Below, piece by piece: positions 52,905-64,000 of a stretch of DNA of 64,000 nucleotides (positions are counted from its first letter, which is position 1; each line of letters begins with the position of its first letter). The position numbers and the translations under genes were made by a program. The DNA comes from Octopus vulgaris (Eukaryota). The stretch covers positions 180,606,001 to 180,670,000 of the forward strand of contig OX597814.1 in assembly GCA_951406725.2 (NCBI GenBank). The letters run 5' to 3'. The notes beneath the pieces were generated by a model, which searched no databases, had not been told where the DNA came from, and worked only from the letters and a program-made list of their open reading frames with translations.

Positions 52905-52935
<31 letters not shown>

Positions 52936-53019
52936 CTATTATGTAGTGAGATAATCACTACAAGTAAATAACAACAGACCAACTCAACCACATTTTACAA
53001 ACACCGGGAACTCTCTTAA

Positions 53020-53540
53020 TCTCTCTATATATAAAACTAAAGTTGTCTGTGTATGGCAGGTTTGGTAGCCTTCAACTAACGCTATCTCCTCCAAGACTCT
53101 GCAGCGCAAGTTGACCAAAATTGAGAGTTTGATAGAAGAAGGCTTGCTCTTCCTTCCGTAGAAGAAAAAATTAAAATCGGACAATGTTAACACCAAAAAT
53201 TATTTACATCAAAAAGGTGCTTTTTTTCTATGAAAATCCCTATTTTTTACGATTTTTTACTGCTGTGTCGCCATTTTTCGGTGTATTTCAACCAGAAAAA
53301 TGTTCACTTAAGCATTTGGCTGGAATTCTTATGTATCTTAAGAGCAATAGAAGTAGTATTAATACGAAAAGACAATCATTATCTCCAACTTAATATAGAA
53401 TGCTGCGCTACTTACCTCGAGAGAACCTCCCATATGGACTCGTGGTGTAACAAGCTACATAATGCAAAATTTTTACTTTTCAAAAATTCCAATTCTAAAG
53501 GGTCAAAACAAACCCGATCAACGCCGAGCGATACTGCTAG
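53020..53540 (+). mobile_element. Non-autonomous Helitron
   Basis: A|TC start (TCTCTCTATATATAAAA), decayed GC-rich subterminal hairpin, CTAG|T end, no TSD. Confidence 0.75.
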
Positions 53541-53884
53541 TAAAGAATAAGGAAGGAAGTCAGTTACGTCTTCTCTTAAGAGAAGAGGTAAACTTACAGG
53601 GTAAAAGAGCTGTAAGTTCCGCATTATTTCATCATAAATATTCTCTTTTACTTGGACTTCTGATAGTACATTCACATCCGCTGGGCAGCTGACAGAGTGT
53701 ACAGAAATGTATGCGTATCTAGTATAAATACCAGTATGACAATGTTTGAACGTGTCAGCGGTGGCCGTGTGCGCATGCATGTGTTTTTGTGTATGACTGA
53801 GTAGTGGTGTTCATGCGTAAGCGTGCAGATGTTTACATAACATATATGTCTCATTGTTGGTAAATATGTATATAGTGGTTTCAA

Positions 53885-54517
53885 ATTTTGACACAAGGCC
53901 AGCAATTTCATGGGAAAGGGTAAGTCGAGATCCCAGATCTTATTTCATCGACCCCGAAAGGATGGAAAACAAAGTCGACCTCGGTGGAATTTAAACACAG
54001 AACGTAAAAACGAAGTATCTATTTCTTTACTACCCACAAGGGGCTAAACACAGAGGGGACAAACAAGGACAGACAAACGGATTAAGTCGATTACATTGAC
54101 CCTAGTGCGTAACTGGTACTTAATTTATCGACCCCCGAAAGGATGAAAGGCAAAGTCGACCTCGGCGGAATTTGAACTCAGAACGTAGCAGCAGACGAAA
54201 TACCTATTTCTTTACTCCCAGAAGGAGCTAAACACAGAGAGGACAAACAAGGACAGTCAAAGGTGACAAAGGGATTAAGTCGATTATATCGACCCCAGTG
54301 CGTAACTGCTACTTATTTAATCGACCCCGAAAGGATGAAAGGCAAAGTCGACCTCGGCGGAATTTGAACTCAGAACGTAGCGGCAGACGAAATACCACTA
54401 AGCATTTTGCCCGGCGTGCTAACGATTCTTCCAACTCATTGCCTTAAAACGTAAAACCGGAACAAATGCTGGAAATCACTCTGTCCATCGTGCTAACGAT
54501 TCTGCCAGCTCGCCGAC
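53885..54517 (-). mobile_element. Head-to-tail SINE family A array
   Basis: Three cores with recurrent junction. Confidence 0.88.
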
Positions 54518-55366
54518 TAAAAACGTGTGTATATTGATGGACGTTTGCGTCTGTCTGCCGCAGTTCTTATGAATGTCTAAAACGTCAGTATTTTGTGAAT
54601 CTGTCTATTATTTATGTAAAGTGCATTAACATGTACAGATATCTAAATATCCGTATATGTTTATGTCTGTGTGTATGAATATCTATACTAAAACAGGATG
54701 TAAAAAAAATCTATCATTGTGGTTTCGGCTCTGTGACTAGAACAGAGTTTGGTGATAGCTTGGCTATAAAATATGTTGCTTTAAATTTTTTTAACTTCAC
54801 GTTAGTTCCATGCTTGAATGATTTTGGCTAATCTAAAATGACTTGCCAGTGTCTCTATACTTTATGGTTTCTAAGTATATTTTGCGAATTCCTGCTCTGA
54901 TGCGGCTATGAAATTTTAACCCCACAACCACACTACTTAGTCACTGTTCTTCTTCTTTTTCTTCGCCTTTTTCTTCATCTTATTTTTATGCACCTTATCA
55001 TTTTCAACTCCTTTTTTTCACTGCTGGTGTCCCCTGGTGGACAATTAGTGCAAGAGCGATAATCATTTCTAAATAATTGGCAGGATTCAAAGTTTAAATT
55101 TGAAATCAAGGAATAAGGGAAAAGAAGCCAAGAATATTTATTTATTTATTTGCTTATGGAGATCTTAAAATTTTTTACACTTAGGTAATCATATATAGCA
55201 CCGTTTCATTCTTATTAGTTGTCAGCATGACAAAACCTCGAGGTATATAAATTAAACAAATTGAATATTTTAGAAAGCGTGTCATTTCTTATAGATGAAA
55301 AATAATCAGTTTGGAAGAAATTTGCAGAATGTATGCTTTTCTTTACTTTTTTCTTCTTTTTCTTCA

Positions 55367-55500
55367 TAATAAAATCCCTGGAAAGTCAGCCAGAGTCATT
55401 GCAAAGGACCTCAGAATGCAATGTCAGATGAGTTATGCATGAGGACATCTGGTCCAATTTGTGAAGCCGGAGGAGGGTCATTTTATGTCGGATGTGACAA
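55367..55500 (+). mobile_element. Fragment homologous to the 56565-56705 part of the maT-like element
   Basis: CAGAGTCATTGCAAAGGACC..GCATGAGGACATCTGGT..TTATGTCGGATGTGACAA shared. Confidence 0.75.
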
Positions 55501-55930
55501 AAATTTAGCAATCGAAAGGGAAAGTTGGTTTCTTTTCTTTTCTTCTCCAACATCCTCTTTGTTATCTTGATTATTATAATCACCATCTTTCCTTCTATAT
55601 GTTCTTCATTTTCATTAACCACACAAATAAGCATAAACCATGTTCTGTAATGAAATTATATTTCAGAAGTATACCACCACTGGTATTAATACAACCAACA
55701 TTACATTCCTCACACAAAGAGAGTTCAAGCATATAAAAGTATCTACGACTAAAGAAGTGTCTGACAAGGCCGATCATAGGCGAAACATTGTAGTTAATGT
55801 CAATTTATTCCTTATACAATCTCATCGTCCATCTTTATGTATTGAGTATTTTTTTAGTTACTGTTTCAACGCCTCGGTGTATAATTATACATAAAATAGC
55901 CGGTATATATGTATATGTACGTAAGCGTGT

Positions 55931-55964
<34 letters not shown>

Positions 55965-56232
55965 CTGAACACACACACACATACATACATACATAAAAAC
56001 TTATATACATAAAAACGTGGACAGACAGACATGAGTATGTTTACATCTTCATCTGTCACTCTTTCTCCTCTTTCTCTGTCATTTTCTATAAATACATACA
56101 AACACACTCACACATGCACACACACACTACCACCACCACCACCACCACCACACACAAACACATATACAGACAGAGACACACATACACACATGATGTGTGT
56201 ATATATGCATGGATACACACACTAAATATATA

Positions 56233-57220
56233 CACAGAGTGCATCAGCTCTTTTCAGGGCACCTCTTTCAAGTGTTCTAACTTTCTTCTAACTTTTTTTT
56301 TACTTTGCTTTTCAGATAAATAATGTCAGACATCTGGTTGACTCAGCAAATGAAAAGGCACGCAGTAATCGTTGCCTTAAAAGCGCAGCATAACGATGCA
56401 GAGATACCTCGCTTCCTGAAAGTTACCCGATCTTCGTTGTCAATGTTCGAAAGGGGCTGGCAACTGTTGACCGAGATCCAACACCAGCAGTTAAATGCAA
56501 AACACATGCACAGGGTCCGAATACCATCAGAACACGTAGCTTTGTGCAAAAAGTTCAAGAAATAATCAATAAAACACCTGGAAGGTCAATCAGAGTCATT
56601 GCAAAGGACCCCAGAATGCACTGTCAGAAGAGTGATGCATGAGGACATCTGGTACAATTTGTATGTGAAGCCAGGTGGGGGGTCACTTTATGTCGGATGT
56701 GACAAGAAAGACTTGTTCGAGCCATGCAAAGTGCTTGTTAAACAAGGTGAAACACCAAACGGTTGGAATGTTTTGAATTTTTTTCCTATGAGAAAAACTT
56801 CCAACAGGACCAAAAAGTAAGCAGAGATCCGAGTGAGAATCCAAAAGTCATGTATACTAAGTACCCAGCAACTATGATGGTTTTGAAGTCATCAGCGTCG
56901 AGCGAAATGTCATGATTCCTTACTTTTTAACACTGGGCTTAAGGATCAACGCTGCTGTCTACACGGAGATGTTGGAAATAGTTGTGAGGTCCTGGACAGA
57001 CAGAGTATGCAACAACACACCGTATCTATTCCATCAAGACTCTCCGCCGTCTCATAAGGCTATGACAACCCAAGCGTGGATGCGTACCAATTTCCATAGT
57101 CATGTTCTCCCAGACTCATGGCCTCCTAGCTTACCAGACCTCAATCCCCTGAACTATTACGTATGGGGCGTAGACGATATGGAGGCCAATCAACACCCCT
57201 GTACTTCTGTAGCTTCTTTT
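56233..57220 (+). mobile_element. Decayed maT/DD37D-like transposon
   Basis: GLRINAAVY, FHQDSPPSH, WPPSLPDLNPLNYYVWG motifs; 3' end replaced by a LINE. Confidence 0.85.
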
Positions 57221-57221
57221 T

Positions 57222-57840
57222 CAGAGCTTCCTTGCAAATGGTAAGCTCCCGGGGAAACTGAAGAAAGGGATAATATACTCTATTCATAAATGAGGAAGTA
57301 AAGCGGATGCTAAAAACTATAGGCTTATCTTTATGACCTCAGACATTAGCAAAATCATGGAACAAATAGTCCGAAGGAAATTAATTGCATTCCTTGAAGA
57401 GAATGACTTGCTGACTGACACCCAGTACGATTTTCGACCAGGTAGAAGCTGCCTGATACAGTTCTGGCAACACTACCTCTGCTCGGCAGCTCAAATGTAG
57501 ACGTGATATATCTCGACTTTGAAAAAGCCTTTGATAAAGTCGATCATGGCATGATATGTCACAAGGTGCGTAATCTTGGCATAGTAAGGAAATTTGATAT
57601 ATATATATATATATATATACTGGCTGTGTGGTAAGTAGCTTGCTTACCAACCACATGGTTCCGGGTTTAGTCCCACTGCGTGGCACCTTGGGCAGGTGTC
57701 TTCTACTATAGCCTCGGGCCGACAGAAGCCTTGTGAGTGGATTTGGTAGACTGAAAGAAGCTCGACTAAAGGCGTGCTCCAGCATGGCCGCAGTCAAATG
57801 ACTAATACATGTAAAAGAGTAAAAGAGAGATAGAGATAGA

Positions 57841-57871
<31 letters not shown>

Positions 57872-58575
57872 CATACACACATACATATACATACATGCAT
57901 ACATACACACACACACATACACATACACACACACATACACATATATATATAACAGGTCGTGGTGGCAAACGGGGTCACCGTCAAGGAAACATAAATAATG
58001 AGTGGTGAGTCACAAATCGCTGCCTTGGGGCCACTGCTATTCATAGAGGCTCTCTCAGTCATGCCCTCAGCTGCTCAGATAGCTAAACTTGCTAGCTATG
58101 CAGATGACACAAAAGTCTCTGAGAGGGTACAGAACCCTGGAGACGTTGCGCATCTACAACGGGAGTTGAATGGAATGTATAGATAGGCTGAGGAAAATAA
58201 CACACTTTAATGCTGGAAAATTCCAAACCCTGCGCTACCAACACACGAAGCTCAATGAAAAACAAACAACATACACTGGCCCAGGAGGAATTGCAATCTC
58301 TAAATCAAAATCAATGCATGACCTGGACATCGACATGAGTAGTGATATATCTTTCTAGGTGCATATTACCAAGTTAACAATAAAATGCAGACGGTTGGCC
58401 GGTTGGATCCTTCGAACTTTCAGAACGAGAGAACAGGAAACCATGTTGGTGCTCCGGAGGACATTCGTCCTCAGCCGTTTGGATTACTGATCCCAAGTGT
58501 GGTCATCACACAGTGTAAAATTAACCACGGACCTCGAAGCAATCCAGTGAACCCACACAAAGAAGATTGTCTCAA
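57222..58575 (+). mobile_element. CR1/L2-group LINE RT fragment, interrupted by SINE and microsatellites
   Basis: KNYR..ISKIME, FRPGRSC, VIYLDFEKAFDKVDH, LGPLLF, YADDTK, LSRLDY. Confidence 0.88.
57620..57826 (+). mobile_element. SINE family B lacking central domain
   Basis: Head joined directly to tail. Confidence 0.85.
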
Positions 58576-58621
58576 TACATACATACATACATACATACAT
58601 ACATACATACATACATACATA

Positions 58622-58694
<73 letters not shown>

Positions 58695-58798
58695 AGTATG
58701 TATGTATAGCTGAAATTCATAGAAAAACAAAAGACGAAGGCAGGTGTATGAACAACAAGCAGGTATATTAGTTTGACGCCGAGGAAAATAAAAAAGTC

Positions 58799-58832
58799 AT
58801 TTACGTTTCGAGCCTACGCTCTTCAACAGAAA
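58799..58832 (-). ncRNA. Minimal hammerhead with variant core CUGUUGA in cassette 58707-58892
   Basis: Core and stem II identical to 46082-46115. Confidence 0.6.
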
Positions 58833-59126
58833 GGAATAAGAGAAAATAAACAGATAGAGAATGAAAAAAAAAAAGCTGTAAATTTAGCGGTCAAGCATGG
58901 CGACAGATCAGAAAAAAAGTTTGAAAGAAGAGGTTGGAAGAAAGTGAGATAATAAAGTGATGGTGATCACACACGAAAGTGTTCGTGCGTGTGTATGTGT
59001 GTGAGAATGGTAATGGTGAATGTTCAAGTGTGTGTGGGTGAATGTTCGTGTGTGTGTGTGTGTGTGTGTGTGGTGGGGGTGAATAGGGGCTAGTGACTTT
59101 GACGCGATGATGAGGTGGAGCCGATA

Positions 59127-59166
<40 letters not shown>

Positions 59167-59421
59167 CGACGACGATGATGACCACAACTACGGTGAGGAG
59201 AAAGATGATCGTGATGGTAGGGACGTATAAAGTGACAGCGTAAGAAGAAAACGGTGAGAGCAAGTATGTGCAAGTAAGACAGATGTTGAAATGATCTTCA
59301 TAGCAGATTCCTGTTCTCATCAACCAAACAGAGCAGATAAGTCAGTCTGCTCCATCCCGCCACTCCTCCTCCTCTTTCTCCTCCACCACCACCTCTTCAT
59401 CATCTTCTTCCCACTTTTATG

Positions 59422-59452
<31 letters not shown>

Positions 59453-59549
59453 CCAGTTTTTGTCGAGCTCGTGAAACCTGTATAAAACTTACCTATAATC
59501 TACACTCATCAGAATTCATGTTTGACAAGCTGTGTGTTTTCGTGTGCGT

Positions 59550-59615
<66 letters not shown>

Positions 59616-60061
59616 GTGCATTTGCGTGTGTGTTTGCGTAAATGTGAGTGAGCATGTGTGTTTGTGAATGTGTAGGAATGAATGTGCGCATGGGTATCTG
59701 AAAGAGAGAAACAATATACTTGTATGCATATAAGACACTTGCACTTGACATGTATGCCCTGATAAATACGCTATGTATATGTAGAGATAGAAACGTATAG
59801 ACTAACGCACAAGTATTTTTCAGTTGCTTGTTCACACGCACGCACATACATGATAACTTCAGCATTCAAAAGTACAGCCTTGTCGCACAATGTTTCACTG
59901 TGATTCCACCTGAGGATTGCATTAAGGGTACACGTGTCAGTGGAATGAACAGCTACTTATACGCAAATTCAACAAGCAGATGATTCAGTTTATCAAGAAA
60001 CGAAATCCTTATCCTTGAAACCGTAGGGGTAGAATATACTTATTTTTACATTATTTAAATA

Positions 60062-60120
<59 letters not shown>

Positions 60121-60191
60121 TCTTGTGACTAAGATCTAGTTCTAGTATCTACTCGTATCAGTTTATATATTTATATATATGTACAGCAGCA

Positions 60192-60242
<51 letters not shown>

Positions 60243-60245
<3 letters not shown>

Positions 60246-61075
60246 AAGTCAGTGTATGTGTGTTTGTGTGATACTTATAGACTCGAAAACTACTGGACCG
60301 AGCCTAATGAAATTTGGAACACAAAATCCAAGCTTAGGGAGAAGGGTAATGCCGTATGTTTCATGCAATTTTAAGGGGGCAGAACCCCCGTAAAAATTCA
60401 TGTGCTTCGGATTTTGCTGAAAATTGAACGATAGGTAGAAATAAATTGAAAAATATACCCCAAATTTCCATTTACTTGAATGATTCTAAGACCCCCTAAG
60501 GAGGGCTTAACCCTCAAATTTTAGTCATTTTTCATGAACCAAAATTACTGAATGGATTCTTACAATATTTGGAACTTAAATTCAACGCATAAGGGCGGGT
60601 ATAATGCAGTATGTTTGGTTTGAATTGGGTGGGGGTTAAAGGTGGCAGAATTCCCCATTAAAATTCATAAATTTCCGATGTTGATGAAATTTCAATAATA
60701 GGTAATTGACACAAATCAAAAAATATTCCCAAAGTTTCTGCTTCCAACGAGGATTCTAAGACTCTCTAATGGGGGCCTTAACTCCCAAATTTTAGTCATT
60801 TTTTTTATGATCCAAAACAAGGTCAAAAGTACTGAATGGATCTTTATGAAATTTGGAAATTACATTCTATGCATAAGGGTGAATGTAATGCAGTATGTTT
60901 GAAAGCAAGTGGGCATAAATGAGGCCGCAACTCCCATGAAAATTCATATATTTTTGCTGTTAACCATAGATATTAGAAAGAAATGAAGTAATATTCCTAA
61001 AATTTCAACTTTTTAGGAGGTTAGTAAGATCCCTTAATGGGGGCTTAACCCCCACAATTTTGTCATTTTTCCTAA
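60243..61075 (+). mobile_element. Helitron/Helentron-type (DINE/HINE-like) element with three ~250-285 bp internal tandem units
   Basis: ACTACTGGACCG..ATGAAATTTGG motif; recurring GGGCTTAAC..AATTTTAGTCATTTTT and GATTCTAAGAC. Confidence 0.6.
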
Positions 61076-61672
61076 GCCAAGACAAATACAATTGTAGTCT
61101 TGGAAGCTGTAGAGTTACCCGAGGATACAAGATGAGCGTTATTTGTAATTCAATGGTACAACAGTGTAAGAGTTTGCTTCGAGATATACTTAGATTGTGA
61201 TTTCTGCAATGTGGCGCATACATTATCAAGTAGGCATCTTTGCCTCTACTGATTCAGTTGCAAAGTGTTACTTTGAGTAAAGTTATTTGGTTGCAGACCT
61301 CCTTTGAGTCTTTTTATTATCACTGAGTCAGAAATAGTCTCCAGATGGTAACGTTTATTTCAAGACCTTTCCAGATAAGTGACAGGTCATTCAAAGAGAC
61401 TTATAGATTGCAAATTTATTCTGTTCAGTTACCTATCATCATAGTAATCATTGGCAAACTCCAGAGGTGACACTTTCATTTCCCCTCAGCCCTCACGTCA
61501 CACAGTTGTTAATGTTTATTTGAACTGGGTCACGCCCTTCCAATTGCTATAGATCCGTAATGCATCGTATGGTTCGGCAAAAGAGACCGATAGAATAAAC
61601 ACTAAGCTTACAAAGAATAAATCAAATGCTTGAAGCAAGTAAAAAGATAAAGGAATAAAAGAATATATACAG

Positions 61673-61734
<62 letters not shown>

Positions 61735-61822
61735 CACACCAAAGTAGACACATAAAAGCGAAACAAGGTGGAAAAAATAGTATCCGAATATCACAAAAAC
61801 AGTTTTGTTTAGAATCATATAA

Positions 61823-61870
<48 letters not shown>

Positions 61871-61980
61871 ATGGATGTATATATATTGTATTTATGCATA
61901 TATATATGTATGTGTATGTATGCATGCATGCATGTATGTATGTATGTATGTGTGTGTGTATATATAGGTATGTATGTATA

Positions 61981-62442
61981 CAAGGTGTTTCAAAAGTCTA
62001 TGTCACATTCTATGAACTCTTATACAATGAACAACAAATGGTAGCATGATTGAACTGGTACTATTTAACAGCTAAAAGTGTCAAATTTTCTCCTGTTAAT
62101 TTAATCTTAATATAATTAATTAAATCTAATTTTGTTTTTTGACTTTTTTCAGATCCAGCAATGTCATTCACAAAAGATGGGAAGTCATTCTGCGTCCTAA
62201 AATACGCTAAAACTGAATCATGGACACGTGTTCAACGCAAGTTTCAAACGACATTTACCAAGCAGGCACTAGACAGACGTTCGATTTTGAATTGGCATGC
62301 AAAATTTAAGAAAGCGGGGTGTTTGTGCTCGGCAAAGAGAACAGGACGCCTCTCAACTTTAGATGATACGGTTGAACACGTTCAACAGGCCTTCCAGCGC
62401 ATCCCTCAGAAATCAGTCAGAATAGCCAGTCAAGAACTTCAG
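61981..62442 (+). mobile_element. 5' fragment of Tc1/mariner-superfamily (DUF4817-type HTH) transposon
   Basis: TA|CAAGGTGTTTCAAAA terminus; S..RVQRKF..W..KF...G...KRTGR..P.KSVR.ASQEL. Confidence 0.75.
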
Positions 62443-62496
62443 CCCCAGCACACACACACACAAACACGCACACACACACACACATATGGAGACGAA

Positions 62497-62545
<49 letters not shown>

Positions 62546-62565
62546 GCACTCATACACATTCATTA

Positions 62566-62801
62566 CCTATTTCTTTATTACCCACAAGGGGCTAAACATA
62601 GAGGGGACAAACAAGGACAGACATAGGTATTAAGTCGATTACATCGACCCCAGTGCGTAACTGGTACTTAATTTATCGACCCCGAAAGGATGAAAAGCAA
62701 AGTTGACCTCAACCTTTCATCCTTTCGGGGTCGATAAATTAAGTACCAGTTATGCACTGGGGTCGATGTAATCGACTTAATACCTATGTCTGTCCTTGTT
62801 T
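62566..62801. mobile_element. Fold-back SINE family A copy
   Basis: ~85-bp arms 62609-62694 / 62715-62801 sharing private variant GACATAGGTATT. Confidence 0.9.
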
Positions 62802-62885
62802 CGACGCTTCAAGCACAGTGGCCTAAACATTCGCTTCTGCGAACTGTCAGACACTACACTTACATATATTGTCGATATGTATTTA

Positions 62886-64000
62886 TCAGATTGAGTAAAT
62901 AAGCAACGTTTTGAACCATGAAGAATTTGTACCGGATTTTGCAGAGTTTTGAATTTTTTTAAACATTTCTTTGAAATTGTCTGATGATACAGACATAGAC
63001 TTGCTTAAATGCATCAATAAATTAACTTTGATATTCTTTTCACCGTTGTTACAATCATATGAAATGGAACTATCAAAGTGCTATATTCGAGCAATTTTGC
63101 TATTCAACTTCAAAAAAGAGGACGTAAAACAGCTGAAATTGCTCGCAATATCAACGAAACGTTTGGTGAGGAAACGGCCAGTGAATAGTCAACTCGAAAA
63201 TGGTTTAAGCGATTTCGCAGTGGAAACCTGAGCGTAGAGGATGCCCGTCTGTCATCGATGACGGTCAATTAAAGACCGTTATTGAGAAAGATTCACGTAA
63301 AACCGCTCGAGAACTGGCAAAAGAACTTCAAGTTGGCCAGACAACTGCCTGCTACCTTTTGCATGCGATCGGAAAATCAAAAAAGCACGATAATCGGTAC
63401 TACACGATTTCAATGAAAATCACAAAATGCGCAGATATGAAATTTGTTCGGCGCCTCTTCTCCGTAACCAGACCGATCTATTTCCCGACCGTATTGTAAC
63501 TTGCGAGGAAAAGTGAATTCTATACAATAATAATAAAAAAAAAACATTCTTCGCGATGGTTGGACCAAAATGAAGCACCGGAAACCTTCCCTAAACCCGA
63601 CCGCTTCAAAAAGAAGATTATGGTTTTCTAGTGGTGTACCGCTGGACTCATGCACTATAACTTCTTAAAACCCGGAAAAACCATTACTGCAGAAACATGA
63701 AATTGTCAAAATGAACGAAAAACTACTACTCCTCTGTCCCAGACTGGTCAACAGAAGAGGGCCAATCATTCTTTTTGACAAGGCTCGATCACGCGTTTCA
63801 TTAATGACGCTTCAGAAATTGAGGGAAGTTAACTACGAAGTTTTTCCCCACCCAACTTATTCCCTAGACCTTTCTCCAGCCGGCTACCATTTTTTCAAGA
63901 ACCTTGATAGTTTCCTGCGAGAGTAGTTCAAAAATCAAACCGATGCTGAAAGTAAGTTCAAAGAGTTCATCAGCTCCAGAACTCCAGAATTTATGTTACC
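62886..64000 (+). mobile_element. Decayed mariner transposon, runs off window
   Basis: WFKRFRSGNL, RIVTCEEK, KPGKTITAE, HPTYSLDLSPAGYHFF motifs. Confidence 0.9.

Noticed and set aside
60285-61075. Repeat array that might be taken for CRISPR or a host repeat protein
   Set aside because: Long divergent units without spacers, no ORF, eukaryotic context; better explained as Helitron-type internal repeats

Overview
Eukaryotic, AT-rich, microsatellite-saturated genomic DNA with no recognisable host exon. The SINE families and repeat landscape look like a coleoid cephalopod, probably Octopus (inference from pattern recognition, not a database search). Nearly all listed ORFs are microsatellite artefacts. 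The real coding remnants are all decayed transposable elements: a TSD-flanked, apparently full-length RTE LINE, R4/Dong-like and CR1/L2-like LINEs, a Penelope-like element (RT end plus GIY-YIG), mariner, maT-like and pogo/Tigger transposons. There are also Helitron-type non-autonomous elements and several tRNA-derived SINE families. The most notable hidden layer is about a dozen type I hammerhead ribozyme (HHR) motifs, intact or degenerate. Most lie in short non-coding cassettes that often abut (TA)n tracts and are organised as terminally redundant ~510-550 bp units or as inverted repeats. Two copies of one family show compensatory base changes. Together these suggest a Penelope-driven, retrozyme-like system, possibly with circular RNA intermediates. 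All folds were done by eye and need computational and biochemical confirmation.
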